Positions 1-13,074 of a stretch of 64,000 bases of DNA are shown in pieces. The notes under the pieces are model-generated. The model worked only from the letters and a program-made list of their open reading frames with translations. It was not told where the DNA came from and did not search any database. The first letter of the stretch is position 1. Each line of letters opens with the position of its first letter. The stretch comes from Lepidodermella squamata (taxonomy: Eukaryota; Animalia; Gastrotricha), in assembly GCA_047495785.1 (NCBI GenBank), contig JBLDXI010000017.1:1860001-1924000 (forward strand). Reading direction: 5' to 3'. A program made the translations under genes and the position numbers.

Positions 1-1480
1 TACCTGGTTACCAGGCTGATAAGCAAAAGCCATTGCCTATGGCTGTCGAATTCGAACCAGCTATGGATACATCGAACTTTGCCGTTGTAACAAGAGAGGA
101 TGCTACAACGCCGCGAATCGATCCACCTAAATTAATTCAGAATCGGGAAGGCCCGCCACGGGCCGAAAAACAACCACAAGGTTATAACCAGAATTTCGAG
201 AGGAATCGATTTATCAACTCGAATTTGATGAATGTTTTCTTTATGCCGCCGATGTTCAATCCGGCGGAATTTGTTAATTTTAACCCATTTGGATCTCAGC
301 AGGCAATGATGCAACCTCAGCCGATTCTGGCTGGGAGTGCGACTTTTTACCCGGACGGGCCAGTTTCGATTTACCACTGGAGTCCTAATGGCCAGATTTA
401 CAGCGCCGGTTACGTGCTGGAACCTTTAAACGAGCCATTCACCTCAACTACAACGTATCGGCCTAACAACAATTGGAAACATCCGGTTATTTCGAAACCG
501 GATTTTGATAGTGGTGAGTCATCAGATTACAGTTACTATGATAACAGCGGCGAAATTATAACAACAACGACTACAACGGTCAAAACAACGACTACGACGA
601 CGAAGCGGAAAAGGCGGCGAAAAACGACGCCAGTGTCTGTGATGACTCATCGCAGGGTTCGGCCAGGTTTCAGGCCACAGCCGGCTGTGGTCCGGAAAGC
701 GGTATTAGACTCATCCGCTGCCGAGATCGACCCTGATTTCGATCGAATTCTAGAGAAATACCCAAGTAACTATAAGATGACCGTTAACAAGTGAAAATTG
801 GGGTTTGGCGAAATTTTTGACAACGTGAGATTTTGATGCCGCTTTCAAGATCAATGAATGAGGAGTCGAACGATATAAAAAATAGGGTTCAAAGTTTACG
901 GGTGAAAATTGGCAATGTGCGCGCTAAAAAAATGCTGTTTATTATTGCATCAATTAGTGATTCATCGCGCAATAAATTCTCATGTTACTTTATTGTGCGC
1001 GGTCGAGATTTTATTAGGTAATCTGAGGTGAGGAATCTTGGTAGAATTAAAAAAAATCGTTAGAATCAAGCTAGTGATTCCACGTAAACCTGAATCGATA
1101 AGCCTTTTGGGATCTCCCGACTATTTAGGTGGATGGGAGCCTCCTATAGAGGTCTGAATTTTAAAAATTCAAAATCCTCAAGAAAAATTGACTTGAGAAT
1201 CGTCCCTCTTCAAGTCCTTTTGCCATTTGCTGGAAAATACAGAAAATACGCCAAACCCCATTTGTCACTTGTTAACGGTCAAATAACTCCGATTTAATTT
1301 TGATTTTTTTTAAATATAGGTATTCAAGAGGTGCTGGAAGCTTCACCATCTACAATCAACATGAGTAAATCGGTTAAAAGCCGGATTAGTAACCAGGCCG
1401 CTCCGTCGGTAATTAAAATCAGCCGGAAGCGGAAAAACTTTACGGAGGATGTCGAGGAGATAGAATTTCAGCTATCTTAA
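1..1480 (+). CDS. Orphan low-complexity (P/T/R/N-rich) protein, 5' end outside window; exons <1-765 and 1320-1480
   Basis: The frame is open from the window start. GT donor at 766 (CCAA|GTAACT) and AG acceptor at 1319 (AATATAG|) give in-frame ...KYPSIQEVLEASP...EFQLS* (TAA 1478-1480), followed by AATAAA. The intron contains a MITE. Shares a motif with the next gene. Confidence 0.7.
778..1281. mobile_element. MITE family 1, copy a (~500 bp, intronic)
   Basis: Imperfect ~33-bp TIRs: TGACCGTTAACAAGTGAAAATTGGGGTTTGGCG ... CGCCAAACCCCATTTGTCACTTGTTAACGGTCA. A diverged inverted copy is at 34936-35398. No clear TSD. Confidence 0.85.
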
Positions 1481-2040
1481 TAAAATTATCGTAAATATAT
1501 TTCGACCCAATAAAAATATTTTGAAAACATTTAACAGGTTAACCTTGAAAAGGTGTCAAGTGGAGCTCGCGTAATTTTTTCGCGCATGTCAGATTCCTGT
1601 CAAATTTAACACTTCAACCGCGTAGCATAAAAACGTAAATATATCATCGAAAAAATAAAATCGCGTGATTTTCCTGTTGATTAACAAAAATAATTGCAAA
1701 ATTTTTAATTATTATCCATCCATGTACATATATATTTTTCGCAATTTTTCGCAAATAAATTAGTTGCAAAAAATAACAACTTGAATTACTAAATCCGGGC
1801 CACTTTTGAGTTATCATCATCATTATTTTATTGACTTGCCGCGCTTTGTTTATCCCCCTCGCATATACTTCCTGTTGCTGTTGTGCGATGTTAATGATGT
1901 TTTTTCAATTATCGCGCTCGAAATGCACATGTACAATCCCTTTTCATTCACAACTTTTATCAATGACCAACATAAAATTTTCAAACTAGTAACTAAACCA
2001 TTGAATTATAATAAATTATCAATAAAATTTATATATAAGG

Positions 2041-3044
2041 ATGCCTTATCCTATGATATCTGTGATTTCAATAATTTTAACAAACCTCAATGTATTGGTT
2101 ATATCGTTTCAATATGCCGGCAATATCGAAAATCGAGCCCATCCAATTGACAAATTCGCGCCTAGAGTAATCACGGATTTGGCGAGTTTTCAAAATCATC
2201 TGATGCGTGGCGAGGTCGGCGGGCAATATCGCATTTTTCGAGCCGGCGACCTTGGCCCTATCTACTTCACAGAATTAAAGTCATTTTTAATGGAACCGCG
2301 AAAAGTGGCTACAACCACGCAACCGCCTACGACGACTAGAAAGTTTAGAACTGTCAAGACGCCAACATCTATGGAAGACGACGGATTTTACCCGGCACCG
2401 TATCGCCAGCCAGTAAATCGCGATAATGAGGTCATCATTCTATCTGGCATGGATCCAACGCCTTATTTCGCTCGACCGGTTGGTAATGGCAAGGTGTCCC
2501 TTGAGCATCAGGCGATTTCACCTCGAGTCGATCGACCTGTCCTGAAGTCTAACTCGAAAAACGGGCGACTTGATAGACAAGCTCTTTCGGATTATATCCG
2601 GCGGCCGAATATTAGTAGTAATAGTAATAACCGGGTATTTGTTGCCGGGGCAGCTAAGCAGGCGCCTAATCATGCGGTGGAAATCTATGATGCGGACAAT
2701 CAAGGTCGTTTGGTATCAACCGGGTTAATACTGGAACCTAGGCCTGACCAAGTTCGGTCTGATTCGAGATCAATGAGACACTGGTACGTGTCTAGAAGGT
2801 ATGAATATTCAGATTTAATTTTTTTTATAATTTATTAAATTTGCTTTAGGCCTGGTTCGAGGAATGTTCTAGCAAATAAACGGTTTTATCGCCCGGCTAA
2901 CGATAATTCCTTAAAATCGACATCAACCCCTGGTTTTCGGGTTGTGAGGAAGTCGCAGTATAATAGAGGTTGAAATGTCCCACTTTTTCGCTCCATAATA
3001 TAATTTCTTTTTCTATAGAGAGGTCTGTTTTCGCTGGAAAATGA
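2041..3044 (+). CDS. Orphan secreted protein sharing a motif with the gene at 1-1480; last exon uncertain (stop at 2973 or 3044)
   Basis: 265-aa ORF with a hydrophobic N-terminus. Intron ~2799-2849 (AG|GTATGA...TTTAG|) continues in frame as RPGSRNVLANKRFYRP. Contains motif AGAAKQAPNHAVEIYDADNQGRLVSTGLILEP. Confidence 0.65.
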
Positions 3045-3342
3045 AGCTATACGACTCATCTGGGATGAAATCATAGCTATGAATCATACTATAATAACAT
3101 TATATCATGTCAAGGTGTCATAACATCTTCATTCGTAATTGCTCATCCACCATCAATAAAAAAGCTTTTGTTTGTAGAAGCATAGTGGTTTTTTTGTTTA
3201 CCAGAAATGTATATAGGTATTATTGCCCTGGGCGCCAAAGCACGCACTAACGTGGGCGTTTAAAACGCTCCAGTTCCTCTGGCAAATAAATTGTTCCAGG
3301 TTCAGCTCAGAAGAAAGTTCTATATACCAAAAATTCAGAAGA

Positions 3343-4498
3343 ATGATAAACTGTCTTTTGGTTGTAGCCCTGGCAGGGCTGGCTTCAGCCCAAATTTTAG
3401 GCGACATGCAAGAGGGCCAAACGTCGAAAATTATTGGCGGCACTCGAATTTCCGATAAATCAAAGCATAAATGGATGGTCCTCATGGAAGGCATTCAACG
3501 CGTTTCTTTATTCAAAGACAAGTCCGCCTCGATTTTTTCATATTTTTCCTATTCTCAAATAATTTTTTATAGGACAACCTATTGCGGAGGAACGTTGATT
3601 GATAAAAAGTGGGTCATATCAGCCGCTCATTGTTACCTTGGCGACCCGTCGGTCTCGGATCCAAGCAAGTGGAAAGCTTCTGTAGGCACCCTGCACGAAT
3701 ACGACTGGGTTCACCGCTACCTGCTGAACCCTATTGGGTGGCTTATTCGCAAACCCGAATGGCAATCGTGGCGGCTTCAGGTCGACAAAATCTTCACGCA
3801 CCCTAAATTCGTCGATAACAGCACACGTAATAGAAAAATGCATTGCTTTTAGCTTAGTCGCTATTTCTTTTATTCTAGTTATGTTCGATAACGATATTGC
3901 TGTTTTGAAGCTCAAGGAAGAGGTAAAATTTCCTATAGACAAGCGAAAGGCTCTTTACTTGATTTTTCAGGCCCCAGTGGGAAGACACCCTTATGTAGGC
4001 ACCCTTGACCTGCCAACTGCGGGTGACACCAGGGTGCCAGAGCCGGGTAGCTACTGCACTGTAAGCGGTTGGGGCTGTACGGCCGATGGCGGCTCAGTCA
4101 CGGATCAAGAGGTTGAGGTCACCCTGCCCTTTTTGAGTCGAAGGTAATACAATTGTTATAGCTGCCTCCTCCTTAATTTTTCGCTCCTTACAATAGCGAC
4201 TGTTTGGCCTACTGGGGCCGCTTGACCGAAAATCAATTTTGCGCTGGTCGACCTGGAGAGGGTTAGCGATTTTCGAATTTTATATTATACTTGAAACTCA
4301 GTGATTTATGTATCTTCAGGGAAGTCAGTCTGTTCTGGAGATTCTGGCAGTCCGTTTGTGTGTAAAAATGCGACGAACAATTTCCTAGCTGGGATCGTTT
4401 CCTTCGCGAATAGGGGAGATCCAACGGCATTCCCGTCCGGTTTCCTTTACGTTGCTAAATACGTCGACTGGATCAAGCAGATCATGGCTAACAACTGA
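3343..4498 (+). CDS. Secreted S1A serine protease, chymotrypsin/elastase-type S1 pocket; 6 exons
   Basis: Signal peptide MINCLLVVALAGLASA, activation site K|IIGG, CGGTLI, SAAHC (His57), DNDIA (Asp102), SGWG, GKSVCSGDSGSP (Ser195; Ser at position 189). Five ~50-nt GT-AG introns at about 3522-3572, 3827-3878, 3923-3970, 4144-4196 and 4262-4319. Confidence 0.93.
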
Positions 4499-4643
4499 TA
4501 AATAGATTTTATTTCAAATCGGTGAACTTGCTGAAAAGCTTGACATTCAACTGAGATCTTAAATTTTGATATATTTTCCATGATTTTTTCTATAGCAGTA
4601 AACTAGTTCAAGTTTTTGACCTAAAGCCAACTTGAATTTTGGG

Positions 4644-7600
4644 TTAAACTTGGTATGGCCTCGCGTATGGATCAGCTCCGTTCCATCCAAAATTACCACC
4701 GGGGCCGTAGTTGCAAACCTAATAGACATACTTAACGCATTAGAAGTGATTTGCAAATTTAAACTTTGACTTTACCAAATTATTTTCAATTCTTCCTTTT
4801 TCGCCACGGCAACGCGATTTCGCGCATCCGACAAAGAAAGTGTCAGCCCAGATAATTTGGGTGTAATGCCCGATAACGGCATCGTCTCTCAATTTTCCAA
4901 CACCATAACGCCAGTCTTTTACCTCAGAAGCCCAGTCTGCGAAATTGAAGTTATTAATTATTGGAAAAATTAAGGCGGATTAAATACCATCAATGCAATT
5001 AGTCCACGTTTGATTGAACCCGTAAGACCAGCACAAATTTTGTCCTACCTAAAATTCAAAATGTATATTTCTAAAAAGCCTCGTATCGATGTAAAATTTA
5101 ACATACCCATGACCATTCCTCTTTGCCTCCGCGAGCTGGCAAAGCTCGAGCTTCGCCTTTATTATGCTCGAAGACGCATTGCGCTGCAAGTTTAAATGGG
5201 AGTTTGAAAAAATTGAAAAATCTCGCAATTTCATCATTTACCTGCCCATCGCTCAGACTCTGAAAAAGATGTAATATAAATTTATAAAAAATTAATGTTA
5301 TTACAATGCTTACCAACTGCTAAGTCTTCATCCCAAGACAAATCAGGCATATATCTCGCCGGCGGATTAACTTGCTCTATCAAAAATACACACATTTTTA
5401 AATTTTACATTTCTAGAAAATTCGAACTTCGATAATAATTATGCCGGTCGAGGACTTCGCTAATCGATACTGGTTCAAGGTTGACCAAATTCGGCGAGTC
5501 ATTTAAACAAAGCGAGTGAGATGGATCCACGCCGTATCTGCATTGAGGCTAGATAATTTTCTGAAATTTTAAGGAGGAGTAGTTTTCGCTAAATGCCTCA
5601 CTCCAAGTTTCGGGGTAGAAAACATTCCAACTGCCGTCGGCGAAGAACGAACCGGTATGATTGGGGCAGGTAAGGTAGTTGTTGTTGGGGTGGTTTGGAC
5701 ACCCTGGCGAGCACCGCCAAGAGCTTTGTAAGGATATGCATAATATGCACCAGTATTCTCCTCATCAATATTTCCTATAGTTGCATAAAATTACAAAAGA
5801 AATCCTGCTAAATTTTGTTCCACATACCTCCTGGGGCGTAATTGCACACCTTATTTGGAAAAATGATTTGAAAAAATATTTTTTTGAATAATTCACTTCC
5901 TTACTATGGTGTAGTCCCACTTTGTACCCTGACATTGCGACTTCGCACACCTGATTTAAGAAAAATTTAGAAATTCATAATAATTAAGATACCTAATTAG
6001 GACTAACCCGACGTAATACGTTTTAGCGCTGATTATTTGAGTGTAATGTCCAACAACCCGTTTAGGATTCATAATTCCGTAGAACCAATCTGCCCGTTCA
6101 CCTGCCCAGCTATCAATCGCCCGCGTGACAGATACATTTCCAGTGTTCCAATACAAATTCTGGCCAACCCAGTCGTAGGCAAGACCAGTCGATCGGGCGG
6201 GAAGAGCGCGATTGTCACCTTCATCATGCCAAGTGGGACATGTGGCAGCCCACCGCTCTGCCGAAACTGCTAGATCTTCGTCCCACTGCAGATCAGGCAT
6301 AGACTCGGCGGGTGGTGAGACTTGACCTCGCCAATAGTTGTGACGAGATAGAGCTTCGTCCATAGAAATCGGCTCGAGATATACAAGGTTAGGACTATCG
6401 CCTTGGCACAGCGTATGAGGAGATGTTAGGCCGTAGCGGCATTGAGGCTTTAAAGTAAACATTGAGTTTAAATCAAATCTTAAAAATCTTCCTTAAAATT
6501 ATTAAGAGAATACCGAAAATTACCGAACCATCGGGTTTTTTCGGGTAAAATTATGGAAAATTAGTTTATTTGCCGCGTTTACCTACCCCTCGCTTAGGCG
6601 AACTGAATCTGATCGGTTTAGACATTAAATTGGGTTGCACTTGAGCCGGAGCTGAAGTCGGCCGTGGGGTAGTCGTCGTTGTTGTTGTTGTTGTTGTTGT
6701 CGTCGGCGTAGTCGTTGTAGTTGGACGAGTTGTAGGCCTAGTGGTAGTTGTCGAGGTGGTTGTAGTTGTCGTAGTAGTTGTTGTAGTCGTTGAAGTTCTC
6801 GTTGTAGGATAAGTCATCCTAAAAGTAGTAGTCCTCGTAGTCGCTTGTGAGGTTGTTGAAGTCGTCGGCGGAAGAGTTGGTGGTGGATTCGTCTGAACGG
6901 TCTCAGAACCAGAATTTATCGGCGCGATGGCATAAGGATAGGCATAGTAAAGCCCGTTATTTTCAGTGTCGTAATTACCGCCGGGACCGTAGTTACAAAC
7001 CTTGATAAGGGAAACATTTTTCAATCAGAAGTTTTCCCTGCCAAACTTACGTAGACGTAAGCCCATCTGCCTCGACATCTCGCTTTCGCACACCTGAATG
7101 ATGATAGCTGATTTTCACGACCCGTGTCAATAAAAAGCAATTTACCCAACAAATCGCGACCTGGCAGCTACAATTTGAGTGTAATGACCAACAACAGCAA
7201 TCGGCGACCGGATGCCATAGTACCAGTTACGACGCTCCGAGGCCCAGGCGTCGATGGCCGTTAAAAATGTAGCATTTCCGGAATTCCAATACACTGATTT
7301 AAAAAATGTGGAAAAATATGGAAACAAAATAAAAGCGGGGATTTTACAGTTTTGTCCGACCCAATCCCATGCTTCCTTGTTTCCATCTCGCTCAGGCAGA
7401 GCTCGGCTATCACTTTCGTCATGAGTTGTGGGACATGTACTCGCCCAGCTGGAATAATAATGAACAATGAGAGGTGAAATATTGAAGGCTTCAATAATTA
7501 CCCTTCAGCTATCGCAGCCAGGTCATCGTCATATTGCAAATCTTGCATGTCAATGGCGGGCGGCGTCACATTTCCTATTAAAAATCCGGAAAATCAGAAA

Positions 7601-8147
7601 AAAATCAATCATTTTTAAAGTTATAATACTTCGCCATAAATTGTGCTCGGCTAAAATATCCGATTTCGATAGCTTTTCGATTCCCAAGAAATCGGGCGAT
7701 GGGTCGACGCACATGGAATGTCTCGAGGAGAGGCCATATTTTTGGCATTGGCTCTTCTATATTTAGAAATAAATCTCGAAATAATGATATTATTTGAAAT
7801 AATCGTACCCTTTCATTATCTGAGATCGTTAATTTTGGTTGTCGGCAACTAGGTGGCTCTGTCCACCGCCCAGTTTGCTGGTTGCAAAAAACACGCGGAT
7901 CTCCGATCGGCAACTCGCCATTGTTGCAAATATAAGTCGCGAAATCAGTCCTGATCTCGTTCACGTCACTGTCTAAATCATTCCAGTTACTAACAGTTGG
8001 CCGCTCAACTGTTGACGTTAGACTAGCCGCATAGCCGCCATCGATCGCGGGTAAGCGACCGCAAACTGGCCGATCGTCAACGCGGGCGGATGACAGTCCA
8101 GCGGAAAACAAGGTTAAAATTGGCAAAAATAATATTTCACGGCTCAT
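4644..8147 (-). CDS. CAP gene A: signal peptide + Sushi/CCP + 3 CAP (SCP/Tpx-1/Ag5/PR-1) domains, with a Thr-rich linker
   Basis: MSREILFLPILTLFSAGLSSA signal. Sushi C-G-x-L-P...Y-I-C-N-N-G...C...W-T-E-P-P-S-C. Three sets of HN..R / WVGQN / GHYTQ / VCNY.PGGN joined by short GT-AG introns. Ends YARPYQV* at 4644. Confidence 0.85.
6664..6850 (-). repeat. Coding (ACN)n poly-Thr mucin-like linker in CAP gene A
   Basis: (GTT/GTA/GTC)n on the + strand, translated as TTTTTTTTTSTTTTRPTTRPTTTTTP in ORF 6566-7024. Confidence 0.85.
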
Positions 8148-8583
8148 TTTTAGAATTTTCTAAGGAAAAACAAATAAAATATCCAGGGCTATTTCGCTGC
8201 TTGTGACAGGTGCAATATGCATAATTATCAGCGTTTTATTTCCGCTCACGACCTTTATTGTATCTAATAATTAATCGTGCGAGAGATGATGATGGGAGCA
8301 AAAGAATGTCTGGCATTGTTGAGTTTTTATTGCTGACGCATCGTGATTTTGTTTTCATCACCTTAAATAGTGACCTGGGTCGTTCTAGAATAATAATTTT
8401 TTTGCATTGTTTATCTTACAAAAATACAGTTTTTCAGTTTTTCTAAACAGCAAAAACCGATGTTTTGATTCGTTTTTTAGTCGCAAACACGTCTGCCGAA
8501 TATTTACCCTGGATAAAAACCGTGGATGAAAAAAATATTGAAAAAAAATAAATTTAAGGAGGATCCATTACAAATTTTATTTC

Positions 8584-10945
8584 TCATTTTGTATCATAAG
8601 GTTTAGCGTAAGGATTGCCGCCAGGTGTAGAGGCTAAGTTTCCTCCCTCGCCGTAGTTACAAACCTGAAAAATATTTAATTTTCGCATTTTTTTATGGAA
8701 AATAAGAATTGCATACCAGGTTGTTTTCAATATCTCGACCGAGCGAACCTTTGCATCGAGATTTTCCGCAACCAACGAACAGAGTTTTCGCCCAAACGAC
8801 TTGGGTGTAATGACCAACCGTATTGTTGTTGAAAGCGCCGACGCCATATCGCCAACCTTTTGCCTCCTCGCCCCAAACTGAAGGAAAAAATGATGAGAAG
8901 AATAAAGTGATAAAAAATATTACAATCTATGCAATTAGTCCACGTCTGATTGAACCCGTATGACCAGCAAAGGTTCTGTCCAACCTGAGGAATCAACAGA
9001 AATAACGAAAAATAATCCTTAACGATGAGCCTTACCCAAGGCCAAGCTGGCTTATCGCCACGAACTGGTAAAGCTCTTGTATCCCGAGTGTCATGTTCGA
9101 ACTTGCACTGAGCTGAAAAATTCGAGACAAAATACAATGAAAAGACAGTTGCACCATCTTACCTGCCCATCTCTCCGCCTCTGTAAAATATGAGTGTTAA
9201 AATAATAGCAATTTTCAAAATTTCATCACTCACCAATACGCAAATCATCATCCCAAGCGATTTTCGGAATAGGAGGGGAAGCCGCTGGAACAACCCGGGC
9301 TGAATTCATCGATGGAAAATCAAAATAATTCCACATAAAATTGTCTTCCTAACCTCGGTAGTAGTTGTGCCGATCGAGAATTTCGCTTATTGAAGAAGGC
9401 TCTAAATTGATTAAATTCGGAGAATCTTCGAGGCACATCGAGTGTGGGTATGTCAGTCCATAGCGACATTGCGGCTAAAATTAAAATTGAACGCCCCACC
9501 TTAAAACGTAATAATAATATCTCACCCCTCTCAAAGGATTCGTCAAATCCCCTGTTGGAGCGGGAGGAGCCGTAAAAGTAGATGTTGGGACGGGGGGTGC
9601 CGTGGAAGAATCTGACGAGGGTGGGCATGGTGCTCTTGTCAACAATGTGGACAACATGGTACTTGTCGTAGTGGGTGGTAGTGTATTGGTTCCGTTTGCA
9701 ATCAGGTAAGGATATGCAAAATTATTGCCAGATTTTGATAAGTCAAAATTGCCACCAGGGCCGTAGTTGCAAATCTAATTAAGTAGGATTTTATTGAGTA
9801 CTAGAGGGATCCGATTAATCTTACCACCACTGTACCCCATTCACCCTTGCAGCGAGCCTTGGCACAGCTGAAAATTCAAATTTAATATAAAATTAACATA
9901 AAAATTGTGATTTTACCCGACAAATAGTGTACCAGCCGTGATCATCTGGGTGTAATGGCCTACCACTTGAGTAGGATTTTTGATGCCGTAATACCAGTCC
10001 TTCTTCTCTGCTGCCCATTTGTTGATAGCATCCATTACCGAAGCATCATCCGTGTTCCAATAAACTGGAAAAATTGTTAATAAATTCTTAAATTTAGCTT
10101 ATATTAACATACTATTTTGGCCGACCCAGTCGTAACGTGGCTTATCAGCATGGAGAGGTAGCACTCGATTTTGCGGCTCATCGTGATCGTTAGGACATGT
10201 AATCGCCCACCTTAAAAATATCGAAATTATCGAGAAATATTATTAGGTCATCCATTCATTACCCTTCGGCTGTTGATGCAAGATCTGGGTCATACCCTAT
10301 ATCGGGCATGTTAGCGGCTGGAGGGGAGACAGATCCTAATATGGGACTCACGATTAAGAGACAATCTCATTGCTCACAAATTTCTTACTCCTTAGGCTAT
10401 TATGGCTCTGTACTATATCATTCTGGGGAACTGGTTCAACTTTCACGAAATTGGGCGATGGTGTAGTGATACACATTGAATGGGACGCGGCCAGGGCGTA
10501 CTGCTGACAGGTGGCTTGCTGATAAATTTTCTTAATTTTTAAATTCCGCAAATTTAATATAATTTACCCTGCTTGATCCTACTGCTGGCGCTGGGGTGGT
10601 TGAAGTTGAGCTGTTTACTTGTTTATTAGGACAACATGATGATGGTGGTGGTGGCGGTGAAGGTGCGGGACAAGTCGGCAGGGTGGACCAGGTAGGGGTT
10701 CGGGCATCGCACGTAACTTGAGCGCACCCTGTAGGTGTTTGCCCGTTATTACAAGCGTACGTCACGACATCACTCCGAATATCAGATCCGTTCTGTTGTT
10801 TCTCAAATGTTGTAGTCATCGATAGGACGAAGCCATTTGGCAAGCGGGGAACTTTACCGCAAGCCGGGTCGTCGTAAATATCGGCTGCATAGGCCGCCGA
10901 AAAAATCGAGGCCACGAAAAAAATTGCAGTAGAGAGACAAGTCAT
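8584..10945 (-). CDS. CAP gene B: signal peptide + Sushi + 2 CAP domains
   Basis: MTCLSTAIFFVASIFSAAYA signal (ATG 10945). Sushi PACGKVPRLPNG...YACNNG...C...WSTLPTC. Two GHYTQ/CNY sets. Ends YAKPYDTK*. Confidence 0.85.
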
Positions 10946-11115
10946 ATTATATATTATATCATTTATTCGAGTGATTTTTATGGATTCAACTTGATACAGC
11001 ACTTGAGAACAAGTTTTTCTCGAAAAGTAAACATTGGAATAAAAATGACATGGAAAAAATAAACATTTGTCAATTTCAGTTTTTTTAGCGAGTAAAATAA
11101 ACGTCAGCTTTCAGC

Positions 11116-12863
11116 CTAATTTTGACTCGACATTCCAACAGCTTGGTAAGGATAGGCGAAGTATTGGCCGGAGTTGTTCGGATCAACGTTGCCTCCCGGA
11201 GCGTAATTGCAAACCTTGGAATTATAAAAAAAAACTCTCAAAACACCGGAAATGATGAAAAAAATTTATTACAATGACGACAGGCCATTCGCCTTTGCAT
11301 CTTCCTCTCGCGCACCTACATTTTAGAAAATTTGAAATATTCAGAAATTATAGAGAAAATCTCCTATACCCAACACTCTGAGTGACTGCAGAAATTATTT
11401 GGGTGTAATGCCCGACTACGCTGGTTGGGTTGCGGATTCCGTAGGTCCAATTAGCCTTCTCCGAAGCCCATTTATTAATTGCATCAACCACCGTTGCATC
11501 ATTATTTGTGGTCCAGTAAACTGTAGCGTTGGAAAAAATTGAGCCGAAGACGATTTTTTCGCAAAAAACCTACTGTTTTGGCCGACCCACGAGTACGCCG
11601 GCGTGTCACCCCTTGCTGGAAAGGCTCTGTTCGACTTGTCGTTATGATCGTTGGGGCAAGATGAGGCGAATCTGGAAAATCATGATAAATATAAGGAAAT
11701 TTTCATACTTTCAGCGGCCTACCCTTCAGCAGCTGCAGCCAAATCGTTATCGTAGACTAAATCTTGCAAATCAGAAGCTGGAGGGCTAACGCTACCTTAA
11801 AACGTAGTTCTTTTAGGTCAAACGATGAATTTTGCAGGAGAATCCTTACTCCTGTATCCATTATGAGTAGTTAGGACATCGTTAGCCGAAACGGGGTCAA
11901 GCGCTACGGAACTCGGCGAAGGTCCGAGGCACATCGAGTGGCTTTGGCTGAGGCCGAGCGATTTGCAAGCCGCTTGCTAGAGACATAGCACATCCATAAG
12001 TAAGCAGCTATAAACTTGTAACTTCGAGTGAACAAAAATCCGGAGAATCCGGAGATGGTGCTATCGGGTAAAAACCGAAAATTACCGAAATATCGGGTTT
12101 TTTCGGGTTTTTCTTGGTAAATTAAATTTTAATTTATTCCGCTTAACTTTGATAATTCGGGAAATTTTCAGGTAACAGGTAACAGGGAAATTCCAAAAAT
12201 ATTTGCAAAAATAATGGGACATGCAATGATGAAAATAAAAAAATTCTAATTTTTCGAAAAAGGTCAACTCACGCGCTCATTTATAGTCGACGGCTGTGAC
12301 CTTGGTGTGCTATCTGAAGTAGGGCTTAGATTTTGCTTATTTCCACCCCTTATAGTATTAGGCACCGCCGTTGTCGGAAGTTGCCGCGGTCTAGTCGTCA
12401 TCGTCCCTTGCGACAAGGCTCGGTCCGTTCTTACCGCCACCGGCTTAGTAGTAGTCGGTGGCATCGTGTTAGAAGCAATATTTCGATTGACTGTTGATCG
12501 ACTGCTAGCCATCATTGTTGACATTTTTGTTGTAGTAGTCCTCCTAGGCGTGGTGGTAGGCGGGGTAGTTGTCACGTCTCCACATACAGGTAGGTCCGGC
12601 CAGTCGGTTCCTTTCCGAGAGTCGCAAACCACCCTGGCCGAACCCGTTATCGGCGGCATTTTGTTATTGCACGCGTATTGAACGACATCGACTCGAGAGT
12701 CTTTACTTCTATCCGCGAAATTGTAATTGAAACTAGTCGTCACGTTTGCGACTACACCGTTAGGAATCTGCGGAATTTTGCCGCATGCTGGCCCTTCGAA
12801 GACATCTTCCGCGAAAGCGGCAGATTGGTAACTGATAAGCAAAAACACAACAGCGGCTAACAT
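11116..12863 (-). CDS. CAP gene C: signal peptide + Sushi + T-rich linker + 1 CAP domain
   Basis: MLAAVVFLLISYQSAAFA signal. Sushi PACGKIPQIPNG...YACNNK...C...WPDLPVC. CAP with RGDTPAYSWVGQN, GHYTQ and VCNYAPGGN...GMSSQN*. Confidence 0.85.
11986..12226. mobile_element. MITE family 2, degenerate intronic copy
   Basis: Degenerate ends (TAGCACATCCATAAGTAA ... TAATGGGACATGC). The internal motif AAAAACCGAAAATTACCGAA...ATCGGGTTTT is shared with 54422-54740, and a remnant is at ~6510-6560. Confidence 0.55.
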
Positions 12864-13074
12864 TTCAGGGAGGAATAAACTCGACGAATGGTGAAGTTTT
12901 TACCGGCTTTTATTCAATTATTTGCAAAGCGCGTCTAGGCATCCTGAACTAAAAAAATGAGACGGGGATGACACCCCGCCGTACCACGCGACGAGACTGG
13001 AAACAAAGGTCGAACCTATACAAACATGTTTTATTTATCAGCCGGGTGTTTTTTTACATCAAATAAAACTAGGT

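Noticed and set aside
833-1021. 62-aa ORF
   Set aside because: It lies inside MITE family 1 within an intron and has no transposase motifs.
1550-1810. Possible TIR element (TCAAGTGG...CCACTTTTGA)
   Set aside because: The match is too short and no second copy was seen.
4411-4421. RGD in the serine protease (ANRGDP)
   Set aside because: A single occurrence with no paralogue support, expected by chance.
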